From the NCBI GenBank assembly GCA_965228855.1, contig CBDDIJ010000004.1:64001-128000 (forward strand): a stretch of 64,000 bases of DNA. The letters are read 5' to 3'. Shown piece by piece: positions 31,346 to 41,873 of the stretch; positions within the stretch are counted from its first letter, which is position 1; the number at the start of each line of letters is the position of its first letter. The notes beneath the pieces are model-generated. The model did not search any database and was not told the origin of the DNA. It saw only the letters and a list, made by a program, of their open reading frames with translations. The DNA comes from Candidatus Obscuribacterales bacterium. Its GTDB lineage: Bacteria > Cyanobacteriota > Vampirovibrionia > Obscuribacterales > Obscuribacteraceae. Both the position numbers and the translations under genes were made by a program.

Positions 31346-31807
31346 TCATAATTTCTGATCGACCTCGAACGCGAAGAATGCGCCCAGCGATTTGCGCATC
31401 CGATCGCCGTCACGAACATCGCATTCCCAGATAACGAGAACGCGATATCCTTGAGACTGCAGCGCTGCGATCTTTTCTGTGTCGCGAGCCTGATTGCGAG
31501 CAAGTTTCTCGGCCCAGTAGCCAACGTTCGACTTTGGCGACGACGCCAGCTTGCAGCCTTCATGCGAGTGCCAGAAGCAGCCGTGGACAAAGATTGCCCA
31601 TTTGTGAGTCTTGTTGGCAATGTCCGGTTTGCCCGGAAGGTCCTCGACGTGATTGCGGAAGCGAAGTCCGTGGGCATGCAAAGCCGATCGGACAAGTACC
31701 TCTGGTTTCGTATTCTTCGAACGGATCCGCGCCATCATTTGCGAGCGCGTAAGCGGGTCGCGCTTCCTTCGCGGTAGAATCTTGGCAACAGGGGACGACT
31801 TGGCCAC
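31346..31807 (-). CDS. vsr: Very short patch repair endonuclease
   Basis: RSQMMARIRSKNTKPE, LPGKPD, FVHGCFWH, VIWEC. Confidence 0.92.
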   Translation of the reverse strand: MAKSSPVAKILPRRKRDPLTRSQMMARIRSKNTKPEVLVRSALHAHGLRFRNHVEDLPGKPDIANKTHKWAIFVHGCFWHSHEGCKLASSPKSNVGYWAEKLARNQARDTEKIAALQSQGYRVLVIWECDVRDGDRMRKSLGAFFAFEVDQKL

Positions 31808-32965
31808 TCAGTTCCCCTTTGATCGGGTTTGAACCGCACCTGCTGGAACATCGGACGCTACGACAATCGGAAGATCATCCAGCGAAAAGACGCAGGTCGA
31901 CGCGTCCGCGCGAAGCCTTCCGTCGGCCTTAACTCTGGCGGAGACAACCCGCCATTGCGCCCCCCTCGGCGAAGCGGTGAGATCCCCATGAATACTGCGG
32001 CGCAGAACGAGCGGATGAAGTCCCGGTGGCATGGCTGGCTGGCTGACGCCAAGATATGCCGTATAGAGATCCCCATCCTGGCCCCGTTCGATCCGGTCAA
32101 GCATGCCCGTGGCCGCCGTATCAGGCAGGCTTTCAGAACCCGCAGCCGCTAGCCACGGCCAGAATGCCGGACAAAGCGCCTGGAACGGGCAGCCGCCGCA
32201 AGCCTCCTCACTGGGCTGACCGAGCGTTTCGGGCGGCCCGCCTGCTGCAAGGTGGCGATTCAGCCCGTCCAATGCCCCGAGCGCGGCACTGGCTTCCGCT
32301 TCACAGGCGGCAGGTTCGAGGGGGACGTTCATGGTTTGGCCGGATGCAGCAACGACCCGGCCCTCTATCGGCCAGGTGCCCCGTGCGTCCGCGATGATGA
32401 CCGCGTACAGCCGCAACTGCCGGCGAAACCCCTCAAGAACTGCCGCTGCTCCCCGCCACGCTGAATCGGGGATGAAAGATTTGTATTCGGTAAGGACGCC
32501 GCCATCGAACCGGTCGGGCCGGCCGGCGAGACGGCCTCCTCGTGCGACCAGCAGGTGTTCCGTCGATGCGGTGCCACGATGCGGTGCCTCCCGCTTACTG
32601 CCGGTATTCGACGTGATGGCACTCCGTGCTGAGGACATTGCACGCTGACGCACCAGAAAATAGTTCGGCCAACGGGCTGGCTCCGCATAGCGCGCGTCAA
32701 GCGGATGAGTGGTGGCCGCTGCAGCTGCCTCCGCGACGGCCGCCGTCCATGCTTGCTCGATGACTGCGTCCGACGCTCCAGGCTGCGCTGCAGACTCCAT
32801 TACCCTGTGGAACGCGGTTCCGAGCCAAGCGCGCGGGTCATGCAAAACCCAAGTGTTCGCTGCGTGCGCTGTACTCAGGGCTCCTCGCAGGGTGCAAAGC
32901 CGCATGTGCGACCACAGCGTTGGACCCGTCCGGTCAAGAGGCGTCAGGACAATCTGGGGGCGCAT
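31808..32965 (-). CDS. Cas4/AddB-like PD-(D/E)XK nuclease
   Basis: N-terminal Cys, GTAFH, GRPD, EYKS, QLRLY, CGGCPFQALC. Confidence 0.75.
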   Translation of the reverse strand: MRPQIVLTPLDRTGPTLWSHMRLCTLRGALSTAHAANTWVLHDPRAWLGTAFHRVMESAAQPGASDAVIEQAWTAAVAEAAAAATTHPLDARYAEPARWPNYFLVRQRAMSSARSAITSNTGSKREAPHRGTASTEHLLVARGGRLAGRPDRFDGGVLTEYKSFIPDSAWRGAAAVLEGFRRQLRLYAVIIADARGTWPIEGRVVAASGQTMNVPLEPAACEAEASAALGALDGLNRHLAAGGPPETLGQPSEEACGGCPFQALCPAFWPWLAAAGSESLPDTAATGMLDRIERGQDGDLYTAYLGVSQPAMPPGLHPLVLRRSIHGDLTASPRGAQWRVVSARVKADGRLRADASTCVFSLDDLPIVVASDVPAGAVQTRSKGN

Positions 32966-32966
32966 G

Positions 32967-35900
32967 CTAGACCGGACGCCGCAACGCCTCGAAGACGGAG
33001 ATGAAGCTGCGCTGCGGATCGACCCTGAGACTACGTCCACGCTCGGCATCGTCCCATGCAGCGGCAAGCTCGGGGCCTAAGGCTGCTCTGTCAGTGTTCC
33101 AAAGTGGATGCGTGACAATGAGTGCCTCGGTCCCATTCGTCAGGGCCGGCAGGCCTCCGAGAACCGTCCGGGTGTAGCCGGGCCGAGCCGCTTCTAGCGT
33201 GACAGCCGCGAGATCGGCGACGCGGCTCCACCTCGGAGAAGATAGCGATAGGGGTACCGCGGGATTGAGAGCAAGCTGCGCCATATCAACGGCGAGGCGC
33301 CAGTCGAGCAGATTGTGATAGGCGAGATTGCTATAGCTGCGTAGGCAGTCTGGGCAGGATGTATCGCATGCGTCCGCATGAGCATGAGCGACCAGATGAT
33401 CGTGAAATTCGCGCGGCGTTGGCTGCGCGACCATTTCTAAAAGCTCCTGCATAACCACCGGAGTTCCAAGGTGCGTGGCATAGCCCGCACCATTTTCTAG
33501 GGTGTCAGAGAGGAAAACCTGACCCACGACGGTACCGAGTGCCGGATCCTCCTGGCTGCGGATGCCGGCCTTCAGCTCATAGTCCTGAATATCAAGGTAC
33601 ACTGCGGCAGCGCGCCGGAGCATGAAGGCCAAGGAGTATAGCGCCGCCCGTCCCTGTGGCGTCCGCGGATCGGCAGCTCGTCCTGGGCCGTAGTCGCGGA
33701 TGCCCAGCAGCATCATGTCGGTCTCGCTGATCGCTGCCAGCGCGCATTCCACAATGGGAGCAGTCGGCGCCAGCGGGCGCGCGGGTCGGCGGCCGACCGA
33801 TGCAGCATGCTTTTCCTCGGCCGCCGTCGCCGCAGCGACGTCGATCATTGCATCCGTGCCCGCCCAGCGCTCTTGGGAGAACTGGAACAGCCTGCCGGCA
33901 TTGTCGTTGACCACGTGGAGCCGTCCTTGACCGGCGCCGACGTCGAAATTGAGGTGCGGTGCAATGGCGAAGGCGGGTCTTCCTACTTTCGGCCGCGCTG
34001 CGCGGGGAACAAAGTCGAATACCCCGTCATAGTCGCGGGCCTTGGTGAAATAGCTCACGAAGCCCTTGGGTTGCCGGAGATCCATGGGATGGTAGTCACG
34101 GTCGCTGGGACCTGCTGGCGACGCGCATACCGGGCAGGCCGGTACGTCGGGGGTTACAGTCTCGACATGCTGGCAGTTGCCACAAAGTCCGATACGGACG
34201 GATGGCCCCAGCGGGTTCGTTTCCTCGACGGCGCGGGGGCCCTGTGGCCGATAGTGCGCGACACCGATGGCGGTGTGGATAGTCCGTTCTTTGACGGTCT
34301 CGGCACCAGGCGCGAACATGCTGACCGCCAGCTCGAGATCGCGGTCAACGACCTGGCGTGGCGGCCAGTTCGCCGGCTGCTTGTGATAGAGCAGTCGCGC
34401 GCGGGTCGGAAAACCGAACATGGGAAGGATGCCGCGATTTGCGAGACGCTCGCTTAGCGGAATCTGTATGAGGCTCTGATCCTGGGTCGCGGCTGTGATC
34501 TCACCAACAAGCCGAGTTGCGATCCAGTTGATCGCGGCGAGCTGCTGAGCAGCGTCTCCGGCGAGACGTGTCCCGACGAGCAGTGCGTCGCACATGTGTG
34601 TGACGGCCGCACCATTATTTCCGATCCATTCCTGGATGATGTCGGCGACAGTGGTTCCCGTGTAGCCAGCAGGCGGATTGGGCGGCGGCAGTGTCCAAGC
34701 GTCGTAGGCGCCGAATTCGCCATGCACACTGTCGCCGGCTGTGCCTGTGAACAGGTTCAGTTCAGAAAAAGCCTGTCGAAGCACTTCTTTGGCCAGGACG
34801 CGTAGAAGGATCTGCGGCCGGTTCGTATCGACGTAGGGTGGCGGCGGCGGATCGGCGGTGATCCGCTCAGGCCGCTGGAAGTAATAGTCGTCGTGACTCC
34901 GGCCGCGGCACAGCGTGAGCGCGAGCGAAAGCGCCGCGCCGCGACGTCCCGCCCGCCCTACGCGCTGCTGATAGTTGAAACGCATAGGCGGCATGTTGGC
35001 CATCATCACCGCAAGGAGCGAGCCAATGTCGACGCCCGCCTCCATGGTCGTGGTGACGCTGAGGAGGTCAACATTGTCGGTGAGAGGCACCTCAGCGCCG
35101 ACCGTGATGTTCTGGAAGAGCCGCTGGCGGTCGCGAGCGAGCAGCTTGTCCGTCTGGCCGGTCAGTTCTGCACAGTTGAGGCGGAAAACAGGGCCCGCGC
35201 TCACTGCGAGCCACCGGTAGTAGTCGGCTTCCTGACCGGCGTCGTCGACGCCAATGTGCAGGGGCGTCCCGAGCGGGGCGTGACATCCGCTACAGATGCC
35301 ACCGCTTGCGTGAAGGTGGATGCGTGAGCAGCGGCCGCACTCATAATAGATGTCGCCCACGTCGGCGACGAAGAGGCCGCGAAACAGCAGCAGCCCCTGA
35401 TCGAATACACCGGCCCTGGTCAGAAGGTCGGTCACATCGCGCTCGAAGTCAGCGACGACTAGACCATTTAGGAGTGCGACGGCTTCAAGATAGTCCCGTG
35501 TGTATTTCGGAAGTCGCGTGTCATCAACTGTGGCTCGATGGGTATCGATCCGCCGACGTTTGCCGAGCATGCGGATGCAGCTATCCGCTGCCTCCTGGAT
35601 GGCCGCGGACGCGCCCGCGTAACGCATGCGGTCAAAGGTGAGGTATCCCAGCTTCAGCGATTCTAGGTCTCGCCGCCCCCCCGAGAAAAGAGTCTCAGCG
35701 ACGGCTTCGCGGGCCGCGACCTGGATGCGCGTGCGGTGAGCCTGCTCCTCTCCCGATAGAGCGGGCCGGTAGTCGGGTGGGAACCGGGTCCAGTCGAAGA
35801 GACGCTGCCATTCGCCCTGGTGCTCGTCGAGATCGGTCCACATGACGCTGCGGTCGACACCGCCGGGATTCATCCCCGTGGTAAGCAGGCGGCGAGATGC

Positions 35901-38612
35901 TTCGTCCTCAAGGTCCGTGACGCGGGAGAGGCCTGCCCTTGCTCGCGCTAGCACCTGAACCGCAAGCTGCTCCATCGTCAGGCCGCCGACGGCCGAAGGC
36001 AAGGTGCGCATGAGTGGATGCTGGGCCGAGAGAATGGCCTGGGCCTCGCTCTGCCGCGAAACTGCAAACCGGCCGGCGAGTAGTGTCTCCTCTGGGCTCA
36101 GGGCGCCGCCTTGCGCCTGGCGCTCGAAGAGGAGCACCGCACGCACGCTATCGGCCATGCCGTCGACCAGCGTCTGCCGCAAGGCATCGAGCCAATGAGA
36201 CTTGGCGACGCCGACCGAAAGCTTGGCCGCGTCTTGCCGGCTATCCGAAAAGAGAACCAGCTTGCGGCGCACATCCTCGGGTGGCGACCCGGCGGCAGGC
36301 TGAGGCGGTGCGATCTCGCGCAGCAGCGAGTCTGAGAGCACCTGCGCGACCTTCTGGAAGCCGGTGCGCTGGGTCCGGATCGGAGCCGAGCTAGCCATTC
36401 CGCTCCAATTGGCCTCGCAGTGGGGACAGACCGATGGCCGCTCGTTGCGGGCACTCGGAACGGCCGCGCGAATCGGCACGGGATTCTGATGGAGATCGGG
36501 AACATGGTAGATCCAGCCTGTCGCGTCCGCGCGCCTGCTCGCGACCTGGATTTCCCCCGTGCGATGGTCGAAGGCAGCCATGCGCCACCTTCGCGTGACC
36601 CCTTCCTGGACCCAGCTGTCGCGCTGCGGCTGGCGCAACGTGCCGTCGGGCATCCGAGCGGGCCAATAGATGGCATAGTTGTCATAGTCGCGGTCGTTTG
36701 CGGAATGATCCGGAGCCTTTTCGATGTTCGGATCATCCGGCACGAGCGACCAGACGTTCGGCTGTAATGTGCGGCGATAGCCGCCGAGGAAGATGTCCCC
36801 GCAGGGTTCGCAGTAGAGCATTTCGAGCACACGCGATCCGCACGCGCAGGTGGTTGTCGGCCGGTCGAAGAGGCGTCCGACCGGAATACTTGCATCTGCC
36901 CAGGTCGCCTCGGTGCACTGGGGATTGCTGCACGCCCATACCCCTTGGACGTTGCGGAAGAAGAGGTGGACCCTGACCGGCAGTAGTGGTGTGCTGCCAA
37001 CTGACTGTGCAGGTGCCATAGCCGCCACGATGCCAGCAGCCGCGGCCGTCGCATCTTCAAACGAGTCGCCGGGAAAGAGCGTAGCGCCGAGCGCGCCGAG
37101 GGTTCGGGGCACAATGGTTGGATTCTCATCTGACCCGCCGTTGCACGCTGCGCGAACGGCTTCGGTAACTCCCGCGTTGTCCAGCACAGCGCCCAGCTGC
37201 TGCTCTTCGGGCAGCGTCGGATCGGGCACCGGGAGACCTGCCGCGGCCGCGAAAGTGCCGGCGGCCGTGGCTAGACTAGTCCCGCCACCATCGGCAACTT
37301 GATGTCCGAGGGTTGCCAGTTGGGCCCCGAGGGCGCGTATTCGGCCCGTGGCACCGGGCGAAAGCGGGACTGCACCGCCTCTCACAAGGTTGAATGGACG
37401 TGACCGTCCGAAGAACTGTCGCAGATAGTCCTGCGCACGGGGTTCGTCTTCGCCGAGCGACGCGCTGGACGCCAGGATGCGCAGCTGCGGATGGTCCGGA
37501 TGCAGCCCGAGTCGATCATAGAGAACGCGCAGAATGTAGCCGACCTCGGTGCCTGGGGTACCTCGATAGCTATGAAGCTCATCAACGACGAGATGGAAGA
37601 TGTTTGCTTCGTCAGCATCGAGCCAACGGCGAGTCTGGTCGAAGATGGAAACCTCAACATCCCGCATCAGCATGATGTTCAGCATGCTGTAGTTAGTGAT
37701 GAGGACGTCTGGTGGTGCATCTTGCATATCCCACCTGCTCCACATCTCGCCGCCGTCGAAGCGGGGAAAGAAGCGTTCGGCATCTGTGCCGGCGACCCTC
37801 GCGGCTAGCCCGCTGAGGCGCTGCAGCTCGGTGCGGAGATCGGCTTCCCCGCTGTTGCGGTCCGGCCGTCCAGCGATCGGCGTCCAGCCGGTATAGCGGC
37901 CGAACCAGAAGCGATTGCCCGGACGGTTTGCGCCAAGCCAGGCGCGAACCTGATCACCATCAAGTGCCAGGCGGAGCCGGGCCATCTGATCTTCCGCAAG
38001 GGCGTTGAGTGGGTAAAGAACCAGCGCCCGCATGGCAGGGAGGCGTCCTCCCTGCTCATGCGCTCGCTGCGAAATTCGTGGATGGTAGCGCCGGTTCCCC
38101 GAGCCCGGTGGAGGCGGCATCGTCCACCAGTCGTTCCGTGGCGCAGCTCCAAGCACGGGCCAGGCGGCGGACTCTTTGACCAGCGCGGCGAGCACCGGAA
38201 GGTAGATGGATTCGGTCTTTCCCGATCCGGTGCCGGTAAGGATGACGGAATCCTCGCCGTTGACCACGCTCGAACGCAGCATTTCGACCTGATGTGTATA
38301 CAGTTCGATAGGAACGCCTGTTCGGGTGCGAAAGAGACCCTCCTCGGCGATGCCGGCGAAGTCCCCCACTGACGCCGCGGTCCAGCCGGCGGCTGAAGCA
38401 AGTTCGGTGGTGACAGCAGACCGGATGTCGTGTCCGCTGCCAGCGTATGGGGGCTGCGGTTCAATGAGCGGCTCGCGGTAGAGGACCCCATCGCGGTCCA
38501 GCAGCCGTCGCCGGGCCTGGACGAGTTCTTCAAAGCGCAGATCAAAAGGGCTGTCGAAATAGCGCAGATATGCGCCCTTCAGGCTTTGGAATGTCTGGAT
38601 TGGATCGCTCAT
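32967..38612 (-). CDS. Large DExH helicase with C-terminal DUF1998 (DruE-like), 1881 aa
   Basis: GTGSGKTE, YPLNALAEDQ, ITNYSML, DELH, SAS, TTTMEAGVDIG, QRVGRAGR, CDTSCPDC. Confidence 0.88.
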   Translation of the reverse strand: MSDPIQTFQSLKGAYLRYFDSPFDLRFEELVQARRRLLDRDGVLYREPLIEPQPPYAGSGHDIRSAVTTELASAAGWTAASVGDFAGIAEEGLFRTRTGVPIELYTHQVEMLRSSVVNGEDSVILTGTGSGKTESIYLPVLAALVKESAAWPVLGAAPRNDWWTMPPPPGSGNRRYHPRISQRAHEQGGRLPAMRALVLYPLNALAEDQMARLRLALDGDQVRAWLGANRPGNRFWFGRYTGWTPIAGRPDRNSGEADLRTELQRLSGLAARVAGTDAERFFPRFDGGEMWSRWDMQDAPPDVLITNYSMLNIMLMRDVEVSIFDQTRRWLDADEANIFHLVVDELHSYRGTPGTEVGYILRVLYDRLGLHPDHPQLRILASSASLGEDEPRAQDYLRQFFGRSRPFNLVRGGAVPLSPGATGRIRALGAQLATLGHQVADGGGTSLATAAGTFAAAAGLPVPDPTLPEEQQLGAVLDNAGVTEAVRAACNGGSDENPTIVPRTLGALGATLFPGDSFEDATAAAAGIVAAMAPAQSVGSTPLLPVRVHLFFRNVQGVWACSNPQCTEATWADASIPVGRLFDRPTTTCACGSRVLEMLYCEPCGDIFLGGYRRTLQPNVWSLVPDDPNIEKAPDHSANDRDYDNYAIYWPARMPDGTLRQPQRDSWVQEGVTRRWRMAAFDHRTGEIQVASRRADATGWIYHVPDLHQNPVPIRAAVPSARNERPSVCPHCEANWSGMASSAPIRTQRTGFQKVAQVLSDSLLREIAPPQPAAGSPPEDVRRKLVLFSDSRQDAAKLSVGVAKSHWLDALRQTLVDGMADSVRAVLLFERQAQGGALSPEETLLAGRFAVSRQSEAQAILSAQHPLMRTLPSAVGGLTMEQLAVQVLARARAGLSRVTDLEDEASRRLLTTGMNPGGVDRSVMWTDLDEHQGEWQRLFDWTRFPPDYRPALSGEEQAHRTRIQVAAREAVAETLFSGGRRDLESLKLGYLTFDRMRYAGASAAIQEAADSCIRMLGKRRRIDTHRATVDDTRLPKYTRDYLEAVALLNGLVVADFERDVTDLLTRAGVFDQGLLLFRGLFVADVGDIYYECGRCSRIHLHASGGICSGCHAPLGTPLHIGVDDAGQEADYYRWLAVSAGPVFRLNCAELTGQTDKLLARDRQRLFQNITVGAEVPLTDNVDLLSVTTTMEAGVDIGSLLAVMMANMPPMRFNYQQRVGRAGRRGAALSLALTLCRGRSHDDYYFQRPERITADPPPPPYVDTNRPQILLRVLAKEVLRQAFSELNLFTGTAGDSVHGEFGAYDAWTLPPPNPPAGYTGTTVADIIQEWIGNNGAAVTHMCDALLVGTRLAGDAAQQLAAINWIATRLVGEITAATQDQSLIQIPLSERLANRGILPMFGFPTRARLLYHKQPANWPPRQVVDRDLELAVSMFAPGAETVKERTIHTAIGVAHYRPQGPRAVEETNPLGPSVRIGLCGNCQHVETVTPDVPACPVCASPAGPSDRDYHPMDLRQPKGFVSYFTKARDYDGVFDFVPRAARPKVGRPAFAIAPHLNFDVGAGQGRLHVVNDNAGRLFQFSQERWAGTDAMIDVAAATAAEEKHAASVGRRPARPLAPTAPIVECALAAISETDMMLLGIRDYGPGRAADPRTPQGRAALYSLAFMLRRAAAVYLDIQDYELKAGIRSQEDPALGTVVGQVFLSDTLENGAGYATHLGTPVVMQELLEMVAQPTPREFHDHLVAHAHADACDTSCPDCLRSYSNLAYHNLLDWRLAVDMAQLALNPAVPLSLSSPRWSRVADLAAVTLEAARPGYTRTVLGGLPALTNGTEALIVTHPLWNTDRAALGPELAAAWDDAERGRSLRVDPQRSFISVFEALRRPV

Positions 38613-39481
38613 GCGAGTCTTAGCCCCGTGATGGCAAGCGTCAGTCTCAGAATTTCAAGTGGAATGCCTGCAAACGAAATTCGCCGGGTGGCAGCGTCGT
38701 AGTGCGGCGGCAGGCCACTGCAGAGAGCAAGGGCCCGGGCGATCGGAGCTGGCGGAAGCAGCTGGCCAGGAAGACCGAGCACTTCCGTGTCGGACGACCA
38801 GGAAAGCGTCTTGAGTTTAGCGGCGGCAGCAAGACGGCCGGCCCGGTCATCGATGTAGGCACATTCAGATACGTCGAGCTTCAGAAGGCTCACCCAGTCC
38901 CAGTCGCGTTTGATGCGGAAAAAGCCGGATCGGGCGGCAGAAGCCTCTGCAAGCGTGGACTCGACCCAGCCGATCCGTGAGCGAGAAAAACGGCGTACTG
39001 TTTCGACGCGCCCACCCACCATCGGACACGGTGTGCGGGGCCAGTCGCGGATGGTAGGAGTGCAGGCTAGAAGGGTGAGACCGGCGTCGAGCTGCAAGGG
39101 TATGCCTGCCGCAGACGCGACGGCTGCGAACTCGCCATTGGAAGCTCCTGTGAGCTGGACAGCGGCGGGAAGCGTCTCGATCGCGTTGGTTGCGAGTTGC
39201 ACACCGACGCTTGCGCATGAGGCGGCGAGCGAATCCAAGACGCCTGGCGTTCGCGCTCCGCACAGAACCGCTGACACTAGACCGTTGGGACGTTCTGGCA
39301 GGCCAGCAAGCACCGGAGGTGCAATCTTCCAGTTGTCATTGGGCAGCAGTTCCAAGTGTCCGAGCGTCGCCAGATTGTCGACGGTCCGGCGAACAGCACC
39401 AGCATCAGCAAGGTCCGCGGGTATGTCGTTCAGCCGGCCGGTTCGGCGAAACGACATCCATTCGAGCAGGCGGTCCGTCAT
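38609..39481 (-). CDS. Hypothetical protein, Druantia-associated candidate
   Basis: ATGA overlaps with both neighbours; 290 aa. Confidence 0.75.
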   Translation of the reverse strand: MTDRLLEWMSFRRTGRLNDIPADLADAGAVRRTVDNLATLGHLELLPNDNWKIAPPVLAGLPERPNGLVSAVLCGARTPGVLDSLAASCASVGVQLATNAIETLPAAVQLTGASNGEFAAVASAAGIPLQLDAGLTLLACTPTIRDWPRTPCPMVGGRVETVRRFSRSRIGWVESTLAEASAARSGFFRIKRDWDWVSLLKLDVSECAYIDDRAGRLAAAAKLKTLSWSSDTEVLGLPGQLLPPAPIARALALCSGLPPHYDAATRRISFAGIPLEILRLTLAITGLRLA

Positions 39482-41868
39482 GTGCGAGGCCTCCTGCTCC
39501 TAAGCTGGCGGGCGCGCGTCTTGGCCTTCCGCCATGCCTCCTCGCCGAGTGGATCGGCCTTGACGAGCGGAAGGCGCCGTGCAGTCGCAGTCCGGACTGT
39601 AGCAACCCACTCTGCATCATGCCGATTGGATGCGTTCTGTGCTGGTGCCGGACCAAGCCAGACGACCCGGCCTTGCGTTCGGCGCGCTCCTGTCGCCGCA
39701 AGAAGGAACGCGGGCGGCTCGTCCGAGAGGCCGACGGACACGGCGACATCGTGGCGCTGCCGAAGCGGCGTTGCACCTGATTTAGCCCCTAGCGCTACGA
39801 GCGTAGCCAGTGGCTCGTGTGCGATGACCCTCTCGCCAGCTGGGCCGAGAATTAGCGCACCGCAAATGCGCGCCCGAGCCCAAGGACCCTTAGCGCCTTC
39901 TCCGAAGCGCGTCGGGTGGGCATCCCAAAAATCCCAGCCATCAGAGAGCCAAGGGTCCCCCGCAATCTCGTAAGATACCGACGGACCGGGCACGACGTCG
40001 ACCATGTGCTGGCCCGCCTCGTCCCATCCAGCTGCGACCCACGAGCCGTCGGAAGAAAGCGTGGCTGGCTGTCCGCCGATCGTCACCGAAGCCCCGACCG
40101 GCGCTGGAACGATGGATACCCGCGGGGGATGGCCAGCAGCATAGACCCGCTGCCGAATCGCGAGCCCTCCATCAAAGATGATCTCAAGTCCTTCCCCCGG
40201 GTCTAGCGGCCGGAGGCCGGCAGGAAGCGGCGGCGCGGCGGAATGTGTTGGTGCGTAGCCCGAGAGCACGATCCAGCCTTCGGGAATGCCGTGCCAGTGT
40301 TCGAGCAGCTGCGGGGCTGGTGACCCCGTCGATTCCGCGGCGACGCGGACGGCTTCCACGTCGGTTGAACGGCAAAGCAGCGTATGCGCAATGCCAGCGC
40401 TTACCGCGCTGACTGAAATCAGATCGGGTTCATTGGCGTCGGCGGAGAAAACATGAACCTGTCGAGCGCTGCGCAACCACTGCAGGCGCTCAGCACTCGC
40501 AAGGCGGAGTTCACCGTCCAGAAGTTCACTCGTCCATGGCAGATTCAGGTCGTCATAGCGTCTTTCGTCATACGCCTCGACGATGTGGCTTCCGGCCAAC
40601 TCCACAATTACGCGCTCGGGAAATCCATCTGGACGTGTCATCACCACGGACAGTCTTGCCGTCCGGCGGATCGGATGGAGGGATAGGCGCAGCTTGGCTT
40701 CGGCTGGTGGACGAGGCGCAAGCTCCGGAGCACCTGCGGGGAGCTGTGCAGCTGTGTCGCTCGCAGCAATCGCCCGGCGCTTTCCACGGCGGTCTCTATG
40801 AATGGCCGGCTGTTTGGACCGAGGCTTGAGGGGTGCCGGAGCCTCGGTTGCCTCGTGTCCGTCGAGCTTGCGAGCTCCCGGAGGATCATCGACGGCTGAA
40901 TGCGCTGCATCGGTCGCATTGACGGTGGCCAGCAATTCTGCGTCCGGCTCTTCCTGGTGAGGGGAGCTAGCCGGATACTTGGCGAGACTCTCGTCTGGCA
41001 AACGAGGTGCGCCGTCTACGGCCGCAACGGTCGTGTTGTCCTCCAGCAGCGCCCGATCGTCCACGGCTTCCACTGGAGCGGTAAGATCGTCATCAAGGGG
41101 CGTAGCAGTCACATCTTCGCCTGCCGCCACAGGTCCCGCGCCGGGATCCTCAATTTCCTGAGGCGGCTCATCGGTGTCGGCAGGCAACACGTCGGGCACG
41201 GTCTCGACTATCGCAGTGCTGTTGGGCATCGGACCCAACGATGTTTCGGCGACAGGTTCCGCCGACGATTCCGGAGACGGGTCATGGGTGCCTGGGACGG
41301 GAAGACGAAACGAGCTAGGTTCCGGGCTGGCGATTTCCGGCGACGGGTCTGCGGGTTCCTCGACGCTCGGAGTGTCCTCCAAGGGAACCTCAAGCACCTC
41401 GGCGGGGTCGGCCGGCAGACTATCCTGCTCGATGCCGATCGCGATGATGCTAGAGGGTGTCAGATCCAGGGATGTTTTGGTTGCGGCCATCGACGTCGAG
41501 TCTGGCAGCGGCCCGGAGATGATCGGCTCGACCGGCGGGGATCCGCTGCTAGCGACTTCCTGCTCGGGGATCGCCTCGGCTGAGACCGTGGTCCCGGAGT
41601 TGCTCGGGGCCTCATCCATGTGAGCACGTGCTGAAGGTTCCGCTATACTTTCCTGCGTTTGACGCAGGTGGGCACTGCCAAGGTGTTCACTTCTGTCGAC
41701 GCCGCCGTTGCTGGCCGCACGCGCAGCGGGTGCTGTCACCGCGACCGGTGTAACACATGCTCCTGTATTGAGACCTTTCGGGCGCGTCAGCCAGCGTGGG
41801 GCTTTTGGGCCCAGCGTTTTCACGAGGGCCCCAAACAGTCCGGCAAGTGCACGAAGAAGCTTCTCCAT
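39478..41868 (-). CDS. Hypothetical protein (~796 aa) with a long acidic Pro-rich N-terminal half
   Basis: ATG 5 nt after the dcm stop; stop overlaps next start. Confidence 0.7.
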   Translation of the reverse strand: MEKLLRALAGLFGALVKTLGPKAPRWLTRPKGLNTGACVTPVAVTAPAARAASNGGVDRSEHLGSAHLRQTQESIAEPSARAHMDEAPSNSGTTVSAEAIPEQEVASSGSPPVEPIISGPLPDSTSMAATKTSLDLTPSSIIAIGIEQDSLPADPAEVLEVPLEDTPSVEEPADPSPEIASPEPSSFRLPVPGTHDPSPESSAEPVAETSLGPMPNSTAIVETVPDVLPADTDEPPQEIEDPGAGPVAAGEDVTATPLDDDLTAPVEAVDDRALLEDNTTVAAVDGAPRLPDESLAKYPASSPHQEEPDAELLATVNATDAAHSAVDDPPGARKLDGHEATEAPAPLKPRSKQPAIHRDRRGKRRAIAASDTAAQLPAGAPELAPRPPAEAKLRLSLHPIRRTARLSVVMTRPDGFPERVIVELAGSHIVEAYDERRYDDLNLPWTSELLDGELRLASAERLQWLRSARQVHVFSADANEPDLISVSAVSAGIAHTLLCRSTDVEAVRVAAESTGSPAPQLLEHWHGIPEGWIVLSGYAPTHSAAPPLPAGLRPLDPGEGLEIIFDGGLAIRQRVYAAGHPPRVSIVPAPVGASVTIGGQPATLSSDGSWVAAGWDEAGQHMVDVVPGPSVSYEIAGDPWLSDGWDFWDAHPTRFGEGAKGPWARARICGALILGPAGERVIAHEPLATLVALGAKSGATPLRQRHDVAVSVGLSDEPPAFLLAATGARRTQGRVVWLGPAPAQNASNRHDAEWVATVRTATARRLPLVKADPLGEEAWRKAKTRARQLRSRRPRT

Positions 41869-41873
41869 GAGTG

